A stretch of 64,000 nucleotides of DNA from Bulinus truncatus (lineage: Eukaryota), in NCBI GenBank assembly GCA_021962125.1, contig JAGDYQ010000002.1:21050893-21114892 (forward strand). The letters are read 5' to 3'. This document shows positions 24,137-37,062 of this stretch, one piece after another. The position numbers and the translations under genes were made by a program. How positions within the stretch are numbered: position 1 is the stretch's first letter; every line of letters starts with the position of its first letter. Under the pieces are notes generated by a model that saw only the letters and a program-made list of their open reading frames with translations, was not told the origin of the DNA and ran no database searches.

Positions 24137-24255
24137 ACCGACAGCTGTGAAAGTAGAACAACAACATCTGTGAAAGTAGAACAACAACATCTGTGAAAGT
24201 AGAACAACAACAGCTGTGAAAGTAGAACAACAACAGCTGTGAAAAGTAGAACAAC
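24137..24255. repeat. Tandem repeat of 22-bp units (ctgtgaaagtagaacaacaaca), 5 copies, immediately upstream of the module 1 vWD exon a acceptor.
   Basis: Direct tandem copies. Confidence 0.85.
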
Positions 24256-24699
24256 AACAATGACAACAATAAACAAACGATATAGTAGAAATTTTCATAT
24301 TAAGTAAGTGTCAACATGGGTTTCAGTGGAAATCAACAAAATGAGGGGAATGGCTTTAATAAGTATAAAAAAAAACTGTTAATACACATTGCAATAATAA
24401 TGTAATCTTTTTAATCTCTCTTAAATCCCTGAAAGGATGAAATTTTATTTCTCTTAGATCATATCGACCACTAATGAGGCCGGCCTTAAGTGACCTTTTT
24501 GTATTCCCGCAATACAGAGAATGCAAAGGTCATGCAGTTAACACAGGTAACAAAAGTATGTGACTAGCACATGCTTCCTTAACAAATGCCAGGTGGATGG
24601 TCTTGGAAAATTCAAGAATATTCGCCCCCTTTCTCTTTTCTATGTTTTCAGTTCGACTCTTTGAGTCCCACCGAAACAGAAGCATTTTGACATAGACTC

Positions 24700-24880
24700 A
24701 CGAAAAGACCGACTCAGACTGACAGACAGACAGACAGACAGACAGATAGGTAGACAGATAGAAAGACGGATAGTCTGATAGATAGACAGACAGATAGACA
24801 GACATGTAGACGGACAGAAAAACAGATAGACAGATAGATAGATAGACATATAGACAGACAGACTCACTGAGTACCACCAA
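24700..24880. repeat. (CAGA/TAGA)n-type low-complexity repeat.
   Basis: Seen directly. Confidence 0.85.
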
Positions 24881-24977
24881 AACAGACAAGACATGTTGAC
24901 ATAGACTCACGAAAAGAAAGTGTGGTCTGGAAAAGCAACAATACATTGTTTTATTTATAGATAACAAACCAGTTTAC

Positions 24978-25111
24978 CATAGAAGCAGTCAACACATGCG
25001 CCGCCATCTTCTGTCACTCCCCACGAGCGCGAGGCGTCACGGCAGCACTCAGACACATTGACCAATGAACTGTTGAACAGCGGTTCTTTCGCGCAGTTCT
25101 TCTGGGCAAAA
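24978..25111 (-). CDS. Putative Cys-rich exon (..EPLFNSSLVNVSECCRDASRSWGVTEDGGACVDCFY). The acceptor is uncertain.
   Basis: Donor TATG|gtaaac lies in phase with the exon at 23942-24133. There is a second CC..G..C motif. Confidence 0.4.
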
Positions 25112-25577
25112 CAAACTTGAAAACTTTCGTTTTTGGGAGCTTGATATCGAGTGCCATTGTTGGATCGTAGATTCAGAGAGGAAATGATAGGTGAAAAAAT
25201 GCAAAAAAAAAAGGTAAATTGTTAACGACAGTCCGCCCTCCAGATAAATGGGTCATTCGTGTCACGTGCATGACAGATGGCGCTGTTTACGCTTAAATGC
25301 AATGAAATATAAGGGTAAAGACAAAGATGTCTTTCAAGTAAATAAGAATTATTAGCGAGTAATTTTTCTGTCCATTTCTTTCGACTTATACTAAGACCTT
25401 TACTATTACATATGGAAGAACCCTTTATCTCGTAGGCGAACTGTTGCTAACCGAAAAAATGCCCATTTTTAAATAAAAAGACTTTTTAATGCAATCATAA
25501 TATCATTTTTTGATAACCATTTACCCCCCCCCTCCCCAATATAATCAGGTAGTTACAGATATATAAAAGTCACTTAC

Positions 25578-25636
25578 CAATATCACAGTTTTTACCACTG
25601 TAACCTGAACAACATTCTTCTATTGGTATTGTTCTG
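25578..25636 (-). CDS. Putative exon encoding TIPIEECCSGYSGKNCDI (an EMI-domain-like CCxGYxGxxC motif).
   Basis: Acceptor ttatccag and donor G|gtaagtg. The Cys motif is typical of the EMI domain C-terminus. Confidence 0.4.
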
Positions 25637-26497
25637 GATAAATGGAAGCAAATTGTTATCAAATCTATATAAATATAAATATACATACCTAGCTTCCAAG
25701 CTACTAGCAAGTTCATACAGGTATTTGTCTTCCGACCTCACCTTCAAACCTACATTTCTATCTACAATCATAACTTTCTACTTACTAAAATACCTAGAAA
25801 CCTATCTTTAGCCAATCTCCAAACCCAGCTACCTAATTACATACTAACATACCTATCTTCCTACCCATATCTACCAAAACTTCTAACCACATAATTATCT
25901 ATCTACAAACCGAAACAACAAACCATCTACCTAATACATTTATATCTAATTACTAGCCCCTGGACCGTTTTAAGGTCATTGTAGGCCCTAGACACTTTCA
26001 AAGTCGTTGGTCCTCCCCATCTTCATTTTAAATATTTTTTCAAGAATGCACCCACACTTCTTTGCGATTTGAAATCTAAATAAACTTTGAGGACGTCATA
26101 TGTGACTTTGCTAAGACAAAGAGCCGAAAAGTTAACATACTGTAATTTACAGATCTACAGCACTGCAGCTTGACGTGCTCATCTCACACGGTTATATATA
26201 GTTACTTTAATACAAACATTAATAAATTTTATTGGCATTCTGAACTTGTTTTCACTTTATGTTCTGACTTTCGTAGGCCCTTGAAAAGTCCGTAGCCCCT
26301 AGGCACAGTGCCCAATTGATAAAGCGGCCCTGACTAGCCTACCTACTATCTATCTCCTAACCCGACCGAGATACATATTTACTAACGTATCTATTATATA
26401 TCTGCTAACCCTACATATATATACATATATATACAAACTCAACAACCTACTCCTACATACAGTTTAAATAAAGTCAGCCATTATTGACCACACCCAC

Positions 26498-26633
26498 TTG
26501 TATATGACACAGTCCTGCATAGTTCCGTTCAGCACTGTCGCCATGATGTTCCCCACGTCTTTGTTCCATTTGTTCCTGACGTTCGTCAGGTTCACGTCCA
26601 GCTGCCAGTTTTGCAGGAACACTTCCTGCAACG
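26498..26633 (-). CDS. Putative upstream exon of the mucin-like gene (ALQEVFLQNWQLDVNLTNVRNKWNKDVGNIMATVLNGTMQDCVIY). The true 5' end of the gene was not identified.
   Basis: Acceptor tatgcag and donor AA|gtgggt. The phase-2 end joins in frame to the exon at 25578-25636. The frame is open. Confidence 0.35.
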
Positions 26634-27307
26634 CCTGCATACATGGCAGAACTCTCGTTACCTTCTGACTGGTCTGAGTTTTACAGGGTCTGCGATAGAC
26701 TTACACATTACGATTGGTTTCATGTTTGGTATTTGGGATTTCCCTATAAATACACATACAATATACAGCAAACGCCTACTATTAAACGAAGCCATTGTGA
26801 ACTGAAAAGAAGAACTCTGCAATGACGAGATAACTATTCGTTACGGCACGCACCATGTTTCGAACCCAGTACTTGTAGGTAATTCAGTCTCAAAATGATT
26901 AATACATGGATAACCATGTTTTATAGACAGTGCACCGTGGGGTTTCTTTAACTAGTTATAAAATTATATCATTCTTTATATAAAATTAATTGGGTACACC
27001 ATGGTAAGAGAAATTTTTAGAACTTTAGTTAAACTTTGTTTATCTGTGTATCAGGCTAATAGAATTTTTAATACAACACCACGCGCTAATTTTGAAGAAA
27101 CATAGTCTTAGGGCTACGGAACCTATACCAGTACAGTATGGTGACACAACAGAACCTGTACATGTACAGTTAAAGTAACAAAACTGGTCATGCTGGAAAA
27201 AAATTATAAGACTTTGATAAAAAAATTCTTTTTAACCATGAAAATCCCAAATAAGTGAGGGGAAATCGGACGATTGTTTTTGAAACAAATTAGTTTTGTG
27301 CTAAATA

Positions 27308-27349
<42 letters not shown>

Positions 27350-27559
27350 TTATATATACTTATTTATTTATTGATTTTTTGTTTAGTAGTATCAGTATTT
27401 TCGTAATTATATGGTGAGAAAATTATCGAATACCTTATGACGTATGTCAAAATGATGTCAAATGATGTATTATTACAAAGTTATGCACATATAATTTGAT
27501 ATTAACATTTTCTTGAATGATAAAAGTAGACTACGATATTGTAACCGCTCTAACTTTAG

Positions 27560-27601
<42 letters not shown>

Positions 27602-27724
27602 ATCACCCATAGATCAGATGCTAGTAATATATTACCGTTGTTTTACTTTACATCCAGTTACGTCTCATTTATACATTACATAGTTGTTTTATTTTACACT
27701 ACTACAAGTTTTCTCATAAGCACC

Positions 27725-28110
27725 AAGTACCAAGTACCAAGCACCAAGTACCAAGCACCAACTACCAAGCTTCAAGGACCAAGCACCAAGTACCAAGCTT
27801 CAAGGACCAAGCTTCAAGGACCAAGCACCAAGTACCAGGCTTCAAGGACCAAGCACCAAGTAACAAGCACCAAGGACCAAGCACCAAGTACCAAGCTTCA
27901 AGGACCAAGCACCAAGTACCAAGCTTCAAGGACCAAGCACCAAGTACCAAGCTTCAAGGACCAAGCACCAAGTACCAAGCTTCAAGGACCAAGCACCAAG
28001 TACCAAGCTTCAAGGACCAAGCACCAAGTACCAAGCTTCAAGGACCAAGCACCAAGTACCAAGCTTCAAGGACCAAGCACCAAGTACCAAACTTCAAGGA
28101 CCAAGCACCA
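27725..28110. repeat. Minisatellite of about 13 copies of a roughly 30-bp unit (caagcaccaagtaccaagcttcaaggac).
   Basis: Direct tandem copies. It explains the ORFs at 27638-28117. Confidence 0.9.
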
Positions 28111-28654
28111 AACATAATGCTCAACATAAACAAATTCTAAAATAATGTTTTCTATCATTATTATTTCAATATATATATTTGTCTCTTACCTGGCCGTTGT
28201 CCAGTGAACAATTAAACAGACAATTACAATCCAACAGACAAAAGTCTGACATGTCTGTCTACGTCCCTTCACCTCCAACATATCCAAATGTCTTTCTTTT
28301 GTCTTAACATAAAAACGTTCTATTTTATTTTTTTAAATTTTCGTCTAACTAACGAAGTAAAGTTGATCAATAATTAAAATAAAAGGTGAGCAGAGTACTA
28401 ATTGGTGTGTAGTTTTTTGTTGTGCTCACACACACACACACACCGACCATCCTACAAACACATACTTTCTTTTAAACACCTGTTAAATTTAAACACAATC
28501 TTTGTATCGACCTGATATTGTGTGATGTGTTACCTTGCCACCCACCTACCCATCTAATTGAAACATTCCCCCCATGGTTGAAGTTGATCAATGTATTTCC
28601 CGTGCTAATTCGAGTCTATTTACAACAATCAGTGTTTTGCTTAGGATGTGACAT

Positions 28655-28835
28655 CAAGTAGTCTGCGGCGTAGTGAGGGGGGGGGAAGGGGGGCATTATG
28701 CCCCGGGCGCTACTCGCAAAGGAGCGCCAAACGGTATATTTTACATATAATATTATATGGTTTTAGAATGGGGTTGGGGGGGGGAGCGGTAAAAAGGTAT
28801 TGTGCCCCGGGCGCGAGTTAAGCTCGCTACGCCAC
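28655..28835. mobile_element. Palindromic repeat family B, copy 2.
   Basis: Homologous to 3615-3830 and 53865-54030 and flanked by G10 tracts. Confidence 0.65.
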
Positions 28836-30399
28836 CGCAAGTAGTTACATAACTCAATAATGCAAAATTTAACTTACTAATTGAGACAATGACACTGCTT
28901 ACCTTGTTATTATCATAATAGAACGTATGAATCTTTAAAAGTGTAAAGTAAGTGAACGGACTTATTGTTTTAATATAAACAAACTTCTTTCTGAGAACTA
29001 TTGGGAGTCGAGTGATCATGCATGATACAAGCACAATTCAACAAAAGTAGGTGTTAAAATCTTCATTTTATTATTTGGTTGTTTGACAGAGTTTATCATT
29101 GCTTTCTGTATTCATTTGGTGATAAAAGTAATCGAATACGCCGTGTTATTTGTCAAATGATACAGGCCTATATCTTAACTTGCTTTTCAAATTTTGTTTT
29201 GACTAAAATATGGTGTATACGCGGACAATTCTGAATTCAGCCTTTGCTTATCTAAAGAACATCCATTTTCCCTATTGTCTCGTAATATTTGATTTAGTAC
29301 AGTGATTCTCAAAGTGTGGATGGGTGGGTAGCGAAATTATTTTAAATGGGTCGCCAAGATTTTTAACCGGAGAATAAAAACAATGAACTTTTCTCTCTTT
29401 AATCCTCTTTTCTTTCTTCCTAGTGGGTCACACAAAAACATATAATATTTTGGTTTTTTGGCTGTTTGAGAGGTTCTAGATATTTATATAAATATTTTCC
29501 CATTAGATAATTAACTGTTGAATATTTATCGAACTAAATTCGAAGTTTAATGTATTTTTAAAAAAAATTATTTGATGAATCACTTTTACAATTCAGACAT
29601 CATAGCCAAGATTACAGGAGATAAGGACGCACTATGACATTAGGTAACTTGGATCGACCCTGCAGCCCACGCCGAGGTGATAAGGTTAGAGGTTACAAGT
29701 ATCACCGAGTCACTCAGTATAACAAAACTGCGCGCCTGCACATCACAGACTTCAGTCTGTAGAGTCGCCCGGCCTGTGATCTCTACAAACTGGGGGCGTA
29801 GTGATCACGTGATCCAAACCAGCCATGCCATTGCTTATGGAGGCAGCTCGTTGCTTTACCCCCTACCCCCCTTCCTCTCTCAACAGTGGCTTTGTAAAGG
29901 ACATCCTATGCGTTCCCCCATGTAAGCATAATATTTTATATCACGATTTTATACATTAACCAATCACCAAGTCATTCCCCTCCCCCCCCCCCCCCCCGGG
30001 GACAACCTCCTCCAACTGGTGCCTCCATTATGTATCAAACATCCAAATATCCATGTCTAAAAGAAAAGGTCCAGACATACGGCTAGTATTGCTCTTCCTC
30101 CTTTTTTTGCGGGGGCCCTGGCTACTTTGACAGTTTAGGTACATAATTACTGCAACCTTCACCCCGATGACCACGGCTTGAGAACCTTTTGGTGACAATG
30201 CTCACACCTTCCAAGTCTCGCTTGAACTATTGGCTGGGCGTGGAGAAAGGGCAGTAACTCTGTGAGATGATATTTCTACAGCTGTAAATGGGTACATGCC
30301 CCTTGACACTTATTGTAAAGCCTACAGAAATAAACAACCTCAAAATACATACACTCAGTGACGTAGCTAGGCTGTGGCTGTTTGCCCAGGGAGGAACTT

Positions 30400-31150
30400 A
30401 CTTTTCTACGTAGTTGCATCTGTTGCATATTTGAGAATACAGACAAAAATGCAGATAGACAAAAAAATACATACAGAGAAAAATACTCACAGACAATACA
30501 CATAGACAAACAATACATACATACAAAAAAAACATATAGATAAATATACATACAAACAAAAATACATATAGATAAATATGCATTCAGACAAATATACATA
30601 TAGACAAAAATACATATAGACAAAAATACATGCAGACAAAAATACAAATAGACAAAAATACAAATAGACAAAAATACATATAGACAAAAATACTAATAGA
30701 CAAAAATACATATAGACAAATATACATAGAGACAAAAATACATATAGACAAATATACATATAGACAAAAATACATATAGTCAAATATACATACAAACAAA
30801 AATACATATAGATAAATATGCATTCAGACAAAAATACATATAGACAAATATACATATAGACAAAAATACATATAGACAAATATACATACAAACAAAAATA
30901 CATATAGATAAATATGCATTCAGACAAAAATACATATAGACAAAAATACATATAGACAAAATACATATAGACAAATATACATACAAAGAAATATACATAC
31001 AGACAAAATAGATATAGACAAATATACATATAGACAAATATACATACAAAGAAATATACATACAGACAAAAATACATATAGACAAATATACATATAGACA
31101 AAATATGTATAGACAAAAATACATACAGACAAAAATACATATAGACTAAA
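30400..31150. repeat. Minisatellite spanning about 750 bp with roughly 22-bp units (acaaaaatacatatagacaaat).
   Basis: Direct tandem copies. It explains the minus-strand ORFs at 30276-31168. Confidence 0.9.
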
Positions 31151-31649
31151 ATACACATAGGCGAACACTTGATAGAAAAAAAAGAATTAAAAGAAAAAAG
31201 AACACTAACAAAATGTAATAATCAATTTGTTTTTACTTGTACATATAGGGTAAACTAATAGTCCTAAATGACATCAACATTTGGTCGCTGAAGATGACAT
31301 GCCATTCAAATGACACGACTTGATGAGGAATGACACTCAGAGAACTACTTGCCAGTCAACTGAATTCTCTTGAAGTCAAATTTACATTCATGTAATGCAC
31401 ACACTTAGAAACACCACATCACACGTTAGCACACACACACACACACACACAAGCTAACAAACTAAAGCCGTTTTACACAATCAACTGTTTGATAGCAGAT
31501 GAATGTATGATTCTCCAATAAATATCAACAGGGTCTACTTTTTAATAAGTAACAGAGGATATAATTATAGACAGATACAAGTCAAAAGCAGAGACATATA
31601 CTAGTACTAGGTTTGATGAATAGTTAGAGAGATAGAGAGATAGATAGTT

Positions 31650-31711
<62 letters not shown>

Positions 31712-32269
31712 GGGGGGGGAGGGAGAGCAGAAGGAAGAACTAATAGAAAGAATGAAACATTCTGTTACATCAGTGGCTCTCAAATTGAGGTCCTCTGTGA
31801 ATGTGAATGGACCCCTAAGTTAAAATTTCAACCCATTTCAAATTCCCTGTTTTTCATAGACGCTGTCACTCAATAATAAATCTAAATAATGAAAAAAATA
31901 AATAAAGGGCCGATGATTGAAATGGACCGATTAAATGGATAAGTATCACAGAGAAACACATAATTGACCGTTTTTATTTTATAAATTGATGCAGATTACG
32001 TACGATAGACGGACAGACATATACAACGTATGGTAGACAGACAGACATGTAAAATAGATAGGTGATTAGATAGATCTACGATAGACTGACAGACATGTAC
32101 AATGTATGATAGACAGACAGACATGTAGAATAGATAGGTGATTAGATAGATCGCAATGAACAAAAAAAAAAACAAACAAGGCAGATAATCGACAAGAATT
32201 ATTTTCATAAGCGTGATCACATGATTAGCAAACAATATCTTTGTGTCATGCGCAGTTAAACAAACATAC

Positions 32270-32500
32270 ACGAAGACATACACAGAAAAAAAATATACGT
32301 TTGGACATGCGCAGTAAAAACAAATATATTTTAACACATATGCAGTAAAACAAATATACTTCAAGACATGCGCAGAAAAAAAAACAAACATACTTCAAGA
32401 CATGCGCAGTATAATTAATATATTTTAAAACCTGCGCAGTAAATTTATTGATATGCGCAGTAAAAATAAATATACTCTAAGACATGCGCAGGAAAACAAA
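32270..32500. repeat. Tandem repeat of roughly 30-bp units (gacatgcgcagtaaaacaaatatacttcaa).
   Basis: Direct tandem copies. Confidence 0.8.
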
Positions 32501-33174
32501 AAATGCGCGAGACAGAATGGCCAATCGTTGTGAGAACAAGGGGAAAGAACAACATTTGAGCTACTCAGTTATAGTTAGTCTAAAATACAAATGTAGCGTT
32601 AATTTTACTAGTGTATTTAACAATTGGTCTACATTCAAAGTCTTGGTTTTAAAAAAAAAATATTATCGCTAATGTACATATAGTTTTGCATTGGTAAGCA
32701 TTCAACACTGTCAATTTCATTAAAATGCATAAACAGTGTTTTATTTATGCTAATCAGTTTCGCCATAAGTTTTGAACGAAAACACCCAAACCTTATTAAG
32801 AAATCCGCCCCAAAAAAATGGGGAAATTACACCAGATTAATGGAAAATTTATTTATTTTGTGTCATTATTTATATTCCCGTAATATGTAACGTTAAAGCC
32901 ATCAATAAATCCGCCAACCCGCCAATAAAATTAAAACTCCAGCCAATGCATGAATAGCATTGCCTAAACTGGCCACAAAAACCCGCCACTCTGGCAATAA
33001 ATAGTCAGCCCCTACATGCAATAACTTTGACTAATTCTCTGAGACGTTTTCAAAAGTTGCTTTTAACAAAAGCAACTTTTCAATTATTCACGTGCGACTG
33101 TCCAATTTTACGCGAACAAGGAGAGACACACATAACTATACATAAACACTTTTAGCATATAATTTACAAAACGC

Positions 33175-34480
33175 AGTGGCTTCGAATACGACCGGGCGTG
33201 TTACGTATTTTTTTTTCCGAGACACGACCAGCAAACTTTGATGACGTCAGTAAACAGAATGAACTCTTATGATTTAAAGTTATTTTATTTTCGCGGGAAC
33301 GAGCAATTTTTTCTACTTATACATTAAAATTGTAACTTAGCTTGTGTGTCCTTCTGGCACAATGGTTAAGCCGTTTGATCGTGACTCGCTTTTAATGCTT
33401 AATATATCCAGGTTCGATTCCTCTCAGCACATAACTTTTTTTTATTGTGTTTTTTTTTCAGAATGTATCCTTTTAGTTGTTTTAATGAAAAGTAACTAAT
33501 TAGATCTCTTTAACATTTTTTTAAATTGAAATAATGTTTCCTTTAGGATGTTGTAAGAAAAAGAAACAACAACTAATTAGGTTTTTTTAACTATTTCATA
33601 ACTTAAAAAAAATATTTTGAAAATATGTATCAAAGCTGAACACAGAGGCGTAACAAGGAGGGAGGGTCCAAAATCCAGCTCCAGCTTGAGGGGAGCCCCC
33701 AAAATTATTTTTTACATTAAATATTAAGTACATAATCTCAAGTCATGGTATCGAATGTCAAAATGTAAGGCCCCCAAATCCTAGGTTCGGCAATGGCTTT
33801 ACAATAGTCTATCTTCCTGCAAAGGCTTTGCAGGGTACAGCTAGTCCTAAATATTACCTAACTTTTCCTTACCATCATTTTTGCGGCACACTTTAAAAAA
33901 TTCAGAGTAGCCTACATATTTCAAATTTACTAAATAATAATAAGATTGGGAAACGAAAATAGAGGGGATGGGGAAGCATTTATATCCGAGAATTGAACCA
34001 AATACTGACGAAGACGAATTAACGAGTGTTAGCTTTCTGGGGGGGGGGGGGGGAGGGGTACAATAGATACTAATTTAGCGCATAATTTTTTATTTTATTC
34101 GTCCGACTTTATTAGGCTTGGGCAGACCCGAAAAAAAAGTAATAAAGAATAACTGCCGTGCATGTGCACATCTTTACTCTTAGTCTTAGACATATATCCT
34201 GACAACTAAAATATATAATTCAAAGCTGTATTTATTTAAAAAAAATTTTAATAAAAATATCTCCGATTATTAATAGCAAATGACTTTATTAGGCTTGGAC
34301 AGACCCGAAAAAAATTAATGCCAAATATTAAAATATCTCCGATTATTAACAGCAAATGACGTCATCAAAGTCTGCAGTAAATAAGAGTTCTCATTTATTC
34401 TGTTTACTGACGTCATCAAAGTTTGCTGGTCGTGTCTCGAAAAAAAAAATACGTAGCACGCCCGGTCGTATTCGAAGCCA
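33175..34480. mobile_element. Non-autonomous TIR element of about 1.3 kb with roughly 105-bp terminal inverted repeats at about 95 percent identity (acgcagtggcttcgaatacgaccgggcgtg...ttgatgacgtcagtaaacagaat).
   Basis: The TIRs at 33175-33280 and 34375-34480 are reverse complements. The interior holds a tRNA-like fragment (ggttcgattcctc at 33410) and duplicated gactttattaggcttgg.cagacccgaaaaaa segments but no ORF. Confidence 0.65.
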
Positions 34481-35454
34481 CTGCGTTTACAAAAAAATAA
34501 AAAAAAATAAAAAAGTTATATCAGGTCTAACTTAAAAATATGTTCAACTTATAAATCGTGCCCTTGTTTATACTGTAAAATTCTGTCAATAAAAATTTTT
34601 TTTTTTTTTGTTTTAAATTTATAACTCATAATAACAAAATACTCGTATTTTTTTTTTCAAAATTATCCAGAATCTTCGGAATCTTCTCCAACAGATACTC
34701 TTTTTTTTTGAATTATTAAAAAAACATACAAATATAAAGAAAAATTGATCAACTGTGAAATTAAATATTTTGAGCTGTTACTTAGCCAATGGGATTGATT
34801 GACACATTGCACAGACGAATGGCTGATAGCTCATCAACAATTTATATATTTCATCAAAATTAAGTCATGCGATTGAAACAAATACATAATGATATAACTG
34901 TGTCAACGACATTCTCTGAAGTATCACACATATTAAAATATATCGGAGATACAACATTTTTTTACCCAAAAGTACAATCAGAGAAGAATTGGGAATGAAA
35001 TATCGAATCAAAAGTCATATAGCTCAGTAAAAAATTAAATAAACTAATCCTTCAATTTATTAGAAATAAAGTAACAGCTTCTGTCGTCCTATTGATTGTT
35101 ATACTTTCCGATTAATTAAATTCGTCAATTTGGCCAAAGGCGTATTAAACTGCCACCAAAGGCCAAATAGTTTTTAAATTTCTAGCCCAAGAGTATCCTA
35201 AGTAATCATTTCAACGTCCGTTTTAAGGAAACCGAAAAGAAAGTTAAAATTTTATTTCAAGATATTTCATTAATTTTTTTAATTGACTCGTAACCCACCT
35301 AAGCAACTTCCCTCACATAAAGAAAGATAACTGGTTCATATAAAGAAAATATATGGTCTTTTCAGTCAGAGGCTGTATGGATCACACAGCTGGGTGAAGG
35401 CAATAATAACAGCTTAAATAAACAAGCATAGCCGTCCTTACACTTTGAGTGCCC

Positions 35455-36040
35455 CAGGCAAAAGGAAAACATTTTCTTCCCTACCTCAAGTAACATTTGA
35501 GGGCCCCAGGCAAATGAACAATTTGGAGCCATAGATAAAGGAATGTTTGGGGGCAATAGGAAGAGGAACATTTGGGGGTCCTAGGCAAATGAATAATTTG
35601 GGGCCAAAGATAAAGGAATGTTTGGGGGCAATAGGAAAAGGAACATTTGGGGGTCCTAGGCAAATGAACAATTTGGGGCTCTAGGAAGAGGAACATTTGG
35701 GGGTCCTAGGCAAAAAATTTGGGGCCATAGATAAAGGAATGTTTGGGGGCACTAGGAAGAGGAACATTTGGGGGGTCTTAGGCAAATGAACAATTTGGGG
35801 CCATAAATAAAGGAATGTTTGGGGGCAATAGGAAGAGGAACATTTTGGGAGTCCTAGGCAAATGAACAATTTGGGACCATAAATAAAGGAATGTTTGGGG
35901 GCACTAGGAAGAGGAACATTTGGGGGGTCTTAGGCAAATGAACAATTTGGGACCATAAATAAAGGAATGTTTGGGGGCAATAGGAAGAGGAACATTTGGG
36001 GGTCTTAGGCAAATGAAAATTTGAGGACCCCTAGGCAAAA
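35455..36040. repeat. Minisatellite of roughly 60-bp units (ggaacatttgggggtcctaggcaaatgaacaatttggggccatagataaaggaatgtttgggggcaataggaaga), about 9 copies.
   Basis: Direct tandem copies. It explains the ORFs at 35362-35869. Confidence 0.9.
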
Positions 36041-36548
36041 ACGCTATCTACGTCGCCGCTTGCAAATCGTGATTCCCTATTGATGTTCGATAACTAGAGC
36101 CCTTTTGACCATTCTCTCTATCAGTAGTCATATACACACATTTCATATAACTGCAAACAGATCCCAAGTTAGGCCCCTAAGACTCGGTGGTCCTAGGCAG
36201 AAGCCTAGTAGGCCTATCTTTAGTAACGGCCCTGTAATAAAATCAGAGCTCCCATTATCCGAATCCGGATGGAAACAGTATCACACGGGTAGATTGATTG
36301 TCCAAATAGTCAGTACTCCATTGTAATAGTGATCCTGGTATCAGGCAATTCAGATAATCGGAGCTCAATCGTATATGTGAAGCTTGTAATAATGGATAGA
36401 TTTACAGATAGATAAACAAAAGTAGTCATTTATATGTAACATTCATATAGGCATCGTAACAGCAATCTGAATCCGTGTTCATCTACCAGCTGTTTAGAAA
36501 GGGGCGGTAACACTATCTAATATTAACCATATTTACAGATCTACATGC

Positions 36549-36621
<73 letters not shown>

Positions 36622-36960
36622 GAGAAGTTGGGTCAAACTACAGTTAACAATATATATTATTATTATTATTTGCTTGTTAAAACTTTAATTAATAGCAATC
36701 AATTAATCTAAATGAACACAGTCAACACTGCTGGACTTCTACTCTACAGCTTAAAGTTAGACTTGTGTGCTTAAGTATTAGTGTGTTTATGATTGTGTGT
36801 GTAGTTCTCGGTTATGGTTTCGCCTTGTGGTGGAAAAACCGATTTTGCGGAAAAGCTGGAGTGAGTCTGGACTTGACCTTTGAAACTAGGGCAATGTACT
36901 GCCTTGACCTCTGGACCTAGGACGTTTAAAGCCTTGACCTTTTCAGCCCCAGGGTCATTT

Positions 36961-37062
36961 TTACTGCTCGTAATAGTCGTACTCCTCCTCTGACTGCGGG
37001 CTGTTCTCACTTTGGTTGTAGGTGACGTATTTCACAGGACACTGCTCACTCATGATTAAACT
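36961..37062 (-). CDS. VMAT: VMAT-like terminal coding exon (SLIMSEQCPVKYVTYNQSENSPQSEEEYDYYEQ* with the TAA stop at 36961-36963). The 3' UTR continues below.
   Basis: Acceptor ctgcag in phase 0 after EEKM. The tail is acidic with a dileucine-like motif, analogous to VMAT2 AILMDHN..EDEESESD. With this exon the total CDS is 1605 nt, exactly divisible by 3. Confidence 0.65.
   Translation of the reverse strand, partial: SLIMSEQCPVKYVTYNQSENSPQSEEEYDYYEQ

Noticed and set aside
30276-31168. Several minus-strand ORFs of up to 223 aa (F/Y/C/L/V-rich).
   Set aside because: They lie entirely within the 22-bp minisatellite acaaaaatacatatagacaaat. The coding potential is spurious.
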